Shown: positions 9,581 through 16,427 of the stretch, piece by piece | How positions within the stretch are numbered: position 1 is the first letter of the stretch | Layout: every line of letters starts with the position of its first letter | Origin: a virus | Lineage: Duplodnaviria; Caudoviricetes | Virus record (IMG/VR): IMGVR_UViG_3300032218_001450 | Span: 1-24,812 of that record | Length of the DNA: 24,812 nt | Direction: 5' to 3' (one strand) | The notes under the pieces: generated by a model | The model's input: the letters and a program-made list of their open reading frames with translations, nothing else | Databases searched by the model: none | Told to the model about the DNA's origin: nothing | Position numbers and translations under genes: made by a program

Positions 9581-11091
9581 TGGCTATTCAAGCAATAGGC
9601 ACTAATGATGGAGTAATGTCTCCACGTCAAAAAACAAAATTAGACCTTGATGCTGCCGCGAGAGCAGTTGCTCAAAATCCAGGCAATGGTGCTGATGCTA
9701 AAAATGCTCAAGCAAATCTAGCCAAAGCAAGAACCGCTTATGATGCTGCGATTAAAGCAGAAGCAAAAGTAACTGCTGCAACTAATCCAGATGTCCTTGC
9801 TGCACAAGCAAATCAAACGGCCGCTCAAGCAGAGGTTGCTGCTACAACAGCATCTATTGCTCAAACTAAAACAGACCTTACTGCTATTAAAGCATCGTCT
9901 GTTGCTAATCAACCAGGCAAAGCATGGGTTTGGGATGGCTCTAAGTGGGCTAAGCCTGCTATACCTTCTGATGGTCAATCATATGTATGGGATGATAATA
10001 ATGGTTATACAGTTGCTACCACCGCTAGTGTAGTAAAAAACCAAGATGTAATTCCTCCTCGTCCAGGCGAAGCCTATGTATGGAATTCTACAACAAAGAT
10101 GTGGGACCGTCCACCAAAGCCTGCTGGTGATAACTATTCATGGGATGACAATGATGGTTGGATTAAGAGCACAGTTCTGCCAGGTTCAACTGGTGAGAGT
10201 GCTTTAACTCCTGGACGTACACTTGCTATAGATACATTTAAGAATACTTTAGCACTTGTTTTTGGTGCTAAGGAAGCAAGCCAGCCTTATGTTGCTAAAC
10301 TATATGAATTAGTTTCTGGTTTTTACAAAACTGGTTCTACTCAAGATGAAGCACTTAACTTAGCAATTCATGAAGCATATAATAACAATGCTATCCCAGA
10401 ATTTACTAAACGCTTTGCTGGCATCTTTGCACTTGATGCTAAGTTGCGTGCAGGAGAAGCAATTCAAGTGCCAACTATTGCTGAGTTCTTTGCTGCAGAA
10501 GCCAAGATGGGTGATGTTCTAAAGACTGCTGGTCTTGGTGACCTGGCAAATCAAGATTTCCTAGGCAATGTTATTGGTTTAGGTAAGTCAGTATCTGAAG
10601 TAAGTGATTTAATTAGCACTGCATTCAATACTATCGATAATGCTCCAGAAGCACTTAAGAAGACATTACAAGAATATTATCCTGCCGCTAGCCGTAGTGA
10701 TTTAGCCAAGGCTATGCTAATGGGTCCAGAAGGTGCTAAGGCACTCGAAAAGAAGATTGCTGGAATATCAGTTCTATCTGCTGCTCAAACACAAGGTGTG
10801 TCAACTGACTTAACTCAAGCATCTGATATTGCTGCTATGGGTTATAGTTATGGTCAAGCACTTACAGGATTTGGAGAAGTCAAGGGACTTCAACGCGCTG
10901 GAGAACTAGCAAAAATCGGTGGCACTGACTTTACTCAGCAACAAGCACAGAATGCAGTATTCGGTAAGAATGCCGCTGACCTTGCTGAGATTGCAAGACT
11001 TAAGCAGTTAGAAGAAAACCGTTTTGCTAGCAGAACAGGTAGCATTGGCCCTAAGGCATTTGCTTCACAAGCCAGAGCAAATACTTACTAA
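9580..11091 (+). CDS. Putative internal virion protein, 503 aa, with Ala-rich coiled coil and Trp-rich repeat
   Basis: TAATG overlap; Ala-rich N-terminus, duplicated PG-x-A-[WY]-V-W...W...P...Y-x-WDDN-x-G unit, helical C-terminus. Confidence 0.55.
   Translation: MAIQAIGTNDGVMSPRQKTKLDLDAAARAVAQNPGNGADAKNAQANLAKARTAYDAAIKAEAKVTAATNPDVLAAQANQTAAQAEVAATTASIAQTKTDLTAIKASSVANQPGKAWVWDGSKWAKPAIPSDGQSYVWDDNNGYTVATTASVVKNQDVIPPRPGEAYVWNSTTKMWDRPPKPAGDNYSWDDNDGWIKSTVLPGSTGESALTPGRTLAIDTFKNTLALVFGAKEASQPYVAKLYELVSGFYKTGSTQDEALNLAIHEAYNNNAIPEFTKRFAGIFALDAKLRAGEAIQVPTIAEFFAAEAKMGDVLKTAGLGDLANQDFLGNVIGLGKSVSEVSDLISTAFNTIDNAPEALKKTLQEYYPAASRSDLAKAMLMGPEGAKALEKKIAGISVLSAAQTQGVSTDLTQASDIAAMGYSYGQALTGFGEVKGLQRAGELAKIGGTDFTQQQAQNAVFGKNAADLAEIARLKQLEENRFASRTGSIGPKAFASQARANTY
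9913..10161 (+). repeat. Two-copy Trp/Pro-rich protein repeat
   Basis: PGKAWVWDGSKWAKPAIPSDGQSYVWDDNNGY (9913-10008) versus PGEAYVWNSTTKMWDRPPKPAGDNYSWDDNDGW (10063-10161). Confidence 0.85.
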
Positions 11092-11096
11092 TAAAT

Positions 11097-11227
11097 AGAT
11101 TCCTATCTCAATCGACCAGCCTGAGATAGCGTAAAAGACTGGTAGCAAGAGCCAGCCTATTCCCCCGAATAGAATCTGAGGCTTGCGACTAAAACGAATA
11201 GAAGGGTGGACAGTTGCTATGAGCAAC
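11097..11227 (+). promoter_or_regulatory. Structured cis-regulatory RNA leader of the scaffold gene (pseudoknot, multi-stem, start-codon hairpin)
   Basis: Stem CTATCTCA 11103-11110/TGAGATAG 11122-11129; loop ACCAG 11115-11119 complementary to CTGGT 11139-11143; GCAAG 11145-11149/CTTGC 11182-11186; CTATTC 11157-11162/GAATAG 11167-11172; GTTGCT 11213-11218/AGCAAC 11222-11227 flanking the ATG. Confidence 0.65.
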
Positions 11228-11701
11228 AACTACTGGGACGAAGACGAAGACGAACTAGATACCGACATCATCACAGGTAACGAAAGTGGAAGCGACTTAC
11301 TTAAAAAGTTGCGTAAAGCAAAACGTGCCGATGAAAAGCGTATCAAAGAACTCACTGAGCAACTTGAGGGTTTCTCCAAGACGCAGCGTGAGCGTACAGT
11401 CAAAGACGTTCTAGAACAAAAGGGTGTTAATCCTAAAGCAGTAAGACTAATCCTAAAGGATTTAGACGAAGTTAGCGAAGAGTCAGTTAATAACTGGCTT
11501 GAAGATAATGGAGACTTGTTTGGTCTGAATGCTCAGGAAGCACCAAAAGCGAGTGATGTAGACCGTGCGACCTTGCGTCAACAGGATGCAGTCACTCAAG
11601 GTGCAATAACACCTGACCGAGCAGAGAATTTAGAGATGCGTCTTAATAATGCAGAATCTGCAGAAGAGATTATCTCGCTTCTTCGTTCACAACAATCATA
11701 G
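11219..11701 (+). CDS. Capsid scaffolding protein (start revised from 11183 to ATG 11219)
   Basis: RBS GAAGGGTGGA 11201-11210; acidic N-terminus (WDEDEDELD), coiled coil, short C-terminal helix-turn-helix (LNNAESAEEIISLL); directly upstream of the capsid gene. Confidence 0.8.
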   Translation: MSNNYWDEDEDELDTDIITGNESGSDLLKKLRKAKRADEKRIKELTEQLEGFSKTQRERTVKDVLEQKGVNPKAVRLILKDLDEVSEESVNNWLEDNGDLFGLNAQEAPKASDVDRATLRQQDAVTQGAITPDRAENLEMRLNNAESAEEIISLLRSQQS

Positions 11702-11728
11702 TTTCCTAGTCACTTGGAGGTGACATAA

Positions 11729-12685
11729 ATGGCTAACTCCTACGTATCCACCGATTCCGCTTCTTTAGGCGGTACTCTTGGTTCAGCAGGTTTAGTACAG
11801 AAGGCGTATGACCGTCTTCTAGAGTTCGCCCTCCGTTCAGAACCCCTAATTCGTTCTGTCGCAGATAAGCGTCCTACAAACCAATCAATCCCAGGTTCAA
11901 CAGTTGTTCTACAACGCTACGTTGACCTTTCACCAGCAACTTCAGCACTAACTGAAACAGTTGACCCAGATGCAGTATCAATGTCTACACCAACATCTGT
12001 AACCATTACTCTTAACGAGTACGGTAACTCTGTTCTAGTAACACGTGCGTTGGAACTCTTCAGCCTTGCTGATGTAGACCCAGCAATTGCTAACATCATC
12101 GCATTCAACCTTGCCGATTCTATCGACTCTGTTGCAATGACAGCACTTCGTGGCGGAACCAACGTAATCTATTCAGGTTCAACTGCTACATCAACAGCAA
12201 CAGTTACTGCTGCTGCAACACTATCTTCAGCCAACGTCCGCAAGGCAGTTGCTAAGTTACGTGCTGGCAAGTCAATCGCCCGTAAGGGTTCACTATACTG
12301 GGCTGGTATCCACCCAGAAGTTTCACACGACCTTCGTGCTGAGACTGGTTCATCAGGTTGGTTGCTACCAAACCAATACGGTTCTGCACAGGACCGCATT
12401 TGGGCAGGCGAAATTGGAACATACGAAGGTGCATATTTCGTAGAGTCTCCACGTCTGTACAATGCTACTGACGGTGCATCATCTGCACGTAACTACCGCA
12501 CAATCATTGCTGGACAGCAAGCATTGGCAGAGGCAGTTGCAGAAGAGCCACATGTAGTTATCGGACCAGTAGTTGACAAGTTAATGCGTCACCGCCCAAT
12601 GGGTTGGTACGGCGTACTAGGCTTTGCTCGCTACCGTGAAGAAGCACTATACCGCATCGAATCAGGTTCATCAATCGCTTCATAA
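11729..12685 (+). CDS. Major capsid protein (HK97 fold; N4-gp56/T7-like type)
   Basis: Strong RBS GGAGGTGA; 318 aa; motifs 'VTITLNEYGN', 'IHPEVSHDLR', 'GEIGTYEGAYFVES', 'GWYGVLGF'; codon choice typical of highly expressed genes. Confidence 0.9.
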   Translation: MANSYVSTDSASLGGTLGSAGLVQKAYDRLLEFALRSEPLIRSVADKRPTNQSIPGSTVVLQRYVDLSPATSALTETVDPDAVSMSTPTSVTITLNEYGNSVLVTRALELFSLADVDPAIANIIAFNLADSIDSVAMTALRGGTNVIYSGSTATSTATVTAAATLSSANVRKAVAKLRAGKSIARKGSLYWAGIHPEVSHDLRAETGSSGWLLPNQYGSAQDRIWAGEIGTYEGAYFVESPRLYNATDGASSARNYRTIIAGQQALAEAVAEEPHVVIGPVVDKLMRHRPMGWYGVLGFARYREEALYRIESGSSIAS

Positions 12686-12695
12686 TTGATTGACG

Positions 12696-12727
12696 CTGTG
12701 GCAGAGGGATAAAACTCTCTGCCATAG
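12696..12727 (+). promoter_or_regulatory. Stem-loop after the capsid gene (attenuator, processing site or mRNA stabiliser)
   Basis: CTGTGGCAGAGGG 12696-12708 pairs with CTCTCTGCCATAG 12715-12727 (13 bp, two G-U), loop ATAAAA, no U-tract. Confidence 0.7.
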
Positions 12728-12749
12728 AGTAAGTTCATTAAGGAGAACA

Positions 12750-13022
12750 ATGGCAACTTATAAGTTCACAACACCATACGTGTTGGAAGGACCATCAGGA
12801 AAGCACCGTTTGTTCTACTTCGCTAAATTGCGTAAGGGCATAACTATTGTTAAATCTGGCGGAGTTTATTCACAAGTTAGATATTCAGTTGACTACGATT
12901 TAACTACCTATGATGAAGTATATCGTGGTGGATACGTAACACCTGGAGTTAGTGAAGCAACTAAAGCAGCACTTATTGCTGGTAATGTTGGAGTTACTGA
13001 AAGTAATTTCGTAGCAGAGTAG
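12750..13022 (+). CDS. Hypothetical virion-associated protein, 90 aa (start revised from 12690)
   Basis: AAGGAG RBS at 12740-12745 precedes ATG 12750 (MATYKFTTP...); the longer TTG start would run through the hairpin. Confidence 0.8.
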   Translation: MATYKFTTPYVLEGPSGKHRLFYFAKLRKGITIVKSGGVYSQVRYSVDYDLTTYDEVYRGGYVTPGVSEATKAALIAGNVGVTESNFVAE

Positions 13023-13029
13023 GGACAAT

Positions 13030-13461
13030 ATGGGACACGAGCACGTAAGTAAAGTTTTAGAGTGGGACTTTGACGAGAACCATAATTTTAGAGCATCGAA
13101 GTACGGTTGTACTGGATGCGATGAAATGCAAGAAAGACCATTTATTGATGATACCTATGTTCCAGTAGACCATACCAAATGTGGTAGTGATTGCTTTGGC
13201 TGTAAAGCCAAGGGATTGCAGATGAACTCAGGAGATGCAACAAGAGATATTCCAGATAAGAAATGGAATGCAGAACTAAAAGCATATAGAGATGCACGTT
13301 CTCAAGGTATGCAACCAGCAGGTACAAGAATGGCTGATATTGAATCAGCCTACACAGCATCTGAAACTTTAGGTAAAGCCTACAACGCGGAGACTATGCC
13401 TAAAGCAAAAGATATCACAAAAAAATCAACCGAAGTAATGAAAGAATTGGGTACAATATAA
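13030..13461 (+). CDS. Hypothetical Cys/His-rich, putative Zn-binding protein, 143 aa
   Basis: HEH...CTGC and HTKC-x3-CFGC clusters, followed by a helical C-terminal region. Confidence 0.75.
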   Translation: MGHEHVSKVLEWDFDENHNFRASKYGCTGCDEMQERPFIDDTYVPVDHTKCGSDCFGCKAKGLQMNSGDATRDIPDKKWNAELKAYRDARSQGMQPAGTRMADIESAYTASETLGKAYNAETMPKAKDITKKSTEVMKELGTI

Positions 13462-13613
13462 TGGCTAAAATGGAAATGTACGCATCAAAGTCAGCAATGA
13501 AGAAGCACGAAAAAGGCGAAGGCTCAAAGATGCAGATGATGGAAAAAAAGGCTGGCATTAAAAATGTTGTTAAGAAGGCTGCACCAATGAAGAAGATGGG
13601 CAAGAAGAAGTAA
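13461..13613 (+). CDS. Lys/Met-rich mini-protein, 50 aa (not in ORF track)
   Basis: TAATG overlap; MAKMEMYASKSAMKKHEKGEGSKMQMMEKKAGIKNVVKKAAPMKKMGKKK*. Confidence 0.8.
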   Translation: MAKMEMYASKSAMKKHEKGEGSKMQMMEKKAGIKNVVKKAAPMKKMGKKK

Positions 13614-13614
13614 C

Positions 13615-13779
13615 ATGGCTATCAATAAATATCAGTGGCAAGATACTGTTGCCCCTCTAAAGGTTCGCGTAGCGCCTTCAGCCTACACTCCTGCACAACT
13701 TCGAGAAATCACAGCACAGAAGAATAGAGAAAAGCAGGCTCAGAAGACTGGCACTTGGAATAACGGAAATACTAACTAA
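13615..13779 (+). CDS. Hypothetical mini-protein, 54 aa (not in ORF track)
   Basis: ATG 1 nt after the previous stop; MAINKYQWQDTVAPLKVRVAPSAYTPAQLREITAQKNREKQAQKTGTWNNGNTN*; its stop overlaps the next ATG. Confidence 0.75.
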   Translation: MAINKYQWQDTVAPLKVRVAPSAYTPAQLREITAQKNREKQAQKTGTWNNGNTN

Positions 13780-13961
13780 TGAAAAAAGCACATCCAGGAT
13801 TTGCTAAAGTTGCTGCTGGTATTGCTAAAAAACAAGGCATCTCAAAAGAACGCGCAGGAGCAATCCTAGCAGCAGGTGCCCGTAAAGCGGGAAAGGCTGC
13901 AATCAAAGCCAATCCTAATCTTAAAAAAGTTTCAGGCGTAGTTAAGAAAAAGACTAAATAA
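13779..13961 (+). CDS. Basic Lys/Ala-rich mini-protein, 60 aa
   Basis: TAATG overlap; 15 K, 2 R and a single acidic residue. Confidence 0.8.
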   Translation: MKKAHPGFAKVAAGIAKKQGISKERAGAILAAGARKAGKAAIKANPNLKKVSGVVKKKTK

Positions 13962-13982
13962 CTAAAATAACGGAGAAAACAA

Positions 13983-14168
13983 ATGGCAAAAGTAACTATC
14001 TCGGGTCTCAAGACACGTAAGTCAGCAAAAGATTATAAGGCTGTACAAGGCCAACACAAACCTGGCACTAAGGGTGGACCTGCTGCAGCAATCGTAAAGC
14101 CACCACTTACGCGTGGGCCTGTATCACCTGTTGGGCAACCAACTCAACCAGATACACGAATGAAGTAA
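13983..14168 (+). CDS. Basic Lys/Pro-rich mini-protein, 61 aa
   Basis: GGAG RBS upstream; packed between neighbouring genes. Confidence 0.75.
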   Translation: MAKVTISGLKTRKSAKDYKAVQGQHKPGTKGGPAAAIVKPPLTRGPVSPVGQPTQPDTRMK

Positions 14169-14171
14169 AAA

Positions 14172-14459
14172 GTGACTGAGGCATGGACACGCAAAGAAGG
14201 CAAGAACCCAAAGGGTGGCCTCAATGCAAAGGGCAGAGCATCTTACAAAGGTGGAACCCTCAAGCCTCCAGTTAAATCTGGGGACAATCCTCGTAGAGCA
14301 TCTTTCCTAGCACGTATGGGTGGGGCTCCAGGACCAGAACGTAAACCTAATGGTGAGCCAACGAGATTGTTATTATCGTTGAATGCCTGGGGTGCTAGTT
14401 CAAAGGCTGATGCCAAGAAAAAGGCAGCAGCAATATCTGCTCGTAATAAGAAAAAATAA
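14172..14459 (+). CDS. Basic phage protein, DUF6321-like, 95 aa
   Basis: 'AWTRKEGKNPKGGLNAKGRASY...RRASFLARMGG...SLNAW' matches my recollection of DUF6321; GTG start. Confidence 0.7.
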   Translation: MTEAWTRKEGKNPKGGLNAKGRASYKGGTLKPPVKSGDNPRRASFLARMGGAPGPERKPNGEPTRLLLSLNAWGASSKADAKKKAAAISARNKKK

Positions 14460-14473
14460 CAAAGGTGGGGACA

Positions 14474-15199
14474 ATGAACGATAAGTTAGCAATCGCCTGG
14501 TGCGATAATGGTATGGTTGATGGTAAGTTTATGCAAGGCGTTACTGATGTAATGCTCCATTCTGGAGTTGAAGTCACAACTACTTTGCGTAGCCAAGGCA
14601 ATCAAATAGCAAGACAACGTGATAAGGTAATCAATCATTGGTATGATACCAACAAAGCCGATTGGCTATTGTGGGTAGATTCTGATGTTGTAATTAGCGT
14701 AGATACATTTAAGTTACTATGGGATAATAAAGATGCTGAGAAGCGTCCAATTATGACAGGTGTCTATTTCACAACTGACACACCAGAAGAAACTCTGATG
14801 ATTCCAATGCCTACATTATTCTCATTTGTAGATGGTGGAGAAACCGTTGGAATCCAAAGGATTCATCCATTACCAAGTAATCAACTAATGCAGGTAGGTG
14901 CGGCCGGCATGGGATATGTTCTTATGCATCGAAGCATAGTTGATAAAATTAAAGAAGTTGCACCAGAAGCACCATTGTTTTCGGATATTGGGCATGGCAA
15001 AAACTTCATGGGTGAAGATATTTATTTCTTTGCACTATGTGGGAAAGCAGAGATTCCAATCTTTGCTCATACAGGTGCAGTAGTTCCACACATGAAACGA
15101 TTCTCATTTGACATTAATTATTATAACGCCTTTATGGGTGCTCAAAAACCGCCCAAGAAGCCAAAGAGTAAATTGATTACTCCGAATTATATGAAGTAG
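14474..15199 (+). CDS. GT-A fold (family 2-like) glycosyltransferase
   Basis: IARQRD...WLLWVDSDVV (DxD), 'GAAGMGYVLMHR', 'GEDIYFF' and a C-terminal His; ATG 14474 preferred over GTG 14465. Confidence 0.8.
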   Translation: MNDKLAIAWCDNGMVDGKFMQGVTDVMLHSGVEVTTTLRSQGNQIARQRDKVINHWYDTNKADWLLWVDSDVVISVDTFKLLWDNKDAEKRPIMTGVYFTTDTPEETLMIPMPTLFSFVDGGETVGIQRIHPLPSNQLMQVGAAGMGYVLMHRSIVDKIKEVAPEAPLFSDIGHGKNFMGEDIYFFALCGKAEIPIFAHTGAVVPHMKRFSFDINYYNAFMGAQKPPKKPKSKLITPNYMK

Positions 15200-15210
15200 A
15201 GAGGTCAGCA

Positions 15211-15480
15211 ATGGCATACGGTAGAGCAGGTAGTACATTAGTTGAGGAACTTAATCGCCTTGCATTTGGCGGTACACTTCCTCCTAAGACACAATGGCTA
15301 GATGATGAAGGTGCAGCAAATAAACTTGCTGGAACTACAGGTCTGGCTGCTACAGGTGCCTGCAACATTTATGCTAACTTACCCATTTCTAAATGGCAAG
15401 ACCTACAGGGTGCTTGCAATGCAATCGCTGGTACAATTGGACTTGGCGCAGTTGAAGCACTTAGAAGGGTGAACATGTAA
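15211..15480 (+). CDS. Hypothetical structural protein, 89 aa
   Basis: GAGG RBS; three short GA[AC]N repeats (GAANKLAG, GACNIYAN, GACNAIAG); coupled to the adaptor gene. Confidence 0.75.
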   Translation: MAYGRAGSTLVEELNRLAFGGTLPPKTQWLDDEGAANKLAGTTGLAATGACNIYANLPISKWQDLQGACNAIAGTIGLGAVEALRRVNM

Positions 15481-16418
15481 TGACCGTCACACTTAACGAT
15501 ATGATTGATGAGACGCTTATCAATCTAGCAGGTTATACTTTCCAGCAAGACCGTTCTACATATCTAACTGCACCTATAACAACTACAACATCATCAAGTG
15601 CTTCTCCATTAATTATGAGCCTAGGTTCTACTGATTCAGTAGGTAAGGGTATCATTGAAATTGATGAAGAATTGCTATGGGTAGACAACTATGACCGTAT
15701 TTCTAATACAGCAACTGTAGCACCTTACGGACGCGGTTACCTAGGAACAGTAGCGGCAACGCATGCTTTAGATACCAAGGTAGCCATCTCTCCAACATTC
15801 CCACGTTATAGTGTTAAACGAGCAATCAACGATACAATACGTGCTGTTGGTGGTACTTTGTTTGCAGTCAAGACAGCAACATTTACTTTTAATGCAGCAG
15901 TATCAACCTATGCATTTGCTAACTTAAGTATGCAAAGAATCTTAACAGTTTCATGGCAATCAATCGGTCCATCAAAAGAATGGGTACCAATTCGCAAATG
16001 GGATTTAGATGCTACTGCAAATGCAGAAGCATTTGGATATGTAACAGGAACTGACAAAGTTCAAACAATCACTTTAGGCGAAGCGCCTATATCAGGTCGC
16101 ACAGTTAAAGTTACCTACGTAACTGAACCAACACCTTTTACGAGTAACTCACAAGATTTTATAACTCAAACTGGTTTAACAGACTCAACTAAAGATGTGA
16201 TAGTCTTAGGAGCAGCATATCGTTTGCTATCATTCCTAGACCCAGCGCGTGCTGCTCAAGTTAGCCCACAGGCTGATGAAACAGATAGCAAGCGTCCATT
16301 TGGTTCTTCTGGCACTGCAACTAAACAACTCTTTTCTTTATTCTCACAACGTCTTTCCGAAGAAACAAAAGCACAACAACAGAAGTATCCCCCTCGCGTT
16401 CACTTCTCCCGCCGATAG
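15480..16418 (+). CDS. Head-tail adaptor (tail tubular protein A-like) with inserted beta domain
   Basis: N-terminal 'TLNDMIDETLINL', 'VKRAINDTI' and 'DVIVLGAAYRLL' helices typical of adaptors; located before fibre and nozzle. Confidence 0.65.
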   Translation: MTVTLNDMIDETLINLAGYTFQQDRSTYLTAPITTTTSSSASPLIMSLGSTDSVGKGIIEIDEELLWVDNYDRISNTATVAPYGRGYLGTVAATHALDTKVAISPTFPRYSVKRAINDTIRAVGGTLFAVKTATFTFNAAVSTYAFANLSMQRILTVSWQSIGPSKEWVPIRKWDLDATANAEAFGYVTGTDKVQTITLGEAPISGRTVKVTYVTEPTPFTSNSQDFITQTGLTDSTKDVIVLGAAYRLLSFLDPARAAQVSPQADETDSKRPFGSSGTATKQLFSLFSQRLSEETKAQQQKYPPRVHFSRR

Positions 16419-16427
16419 GAACCAGCA

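Noticed and set aside
11183-11218. ORF-track TTG start for the scaffold
   Set aside because: Lies inside the structured leader; the RBS is positioned for ATG 11219.
11092-11218. tRNA or intrinsic terminator in the intergenic gap
   Set aside because: No cloverleaf or T-loop consensus and no U-tract; kept as a structured leader instead.
12690-12749. ORF-track TTG start, and a possible T7 10B-like capsid frameshift extension
   Set aside because: AAGGAG RBS supports ATG 12750, and no slippery heptamer is visible at the capsid 3' end.
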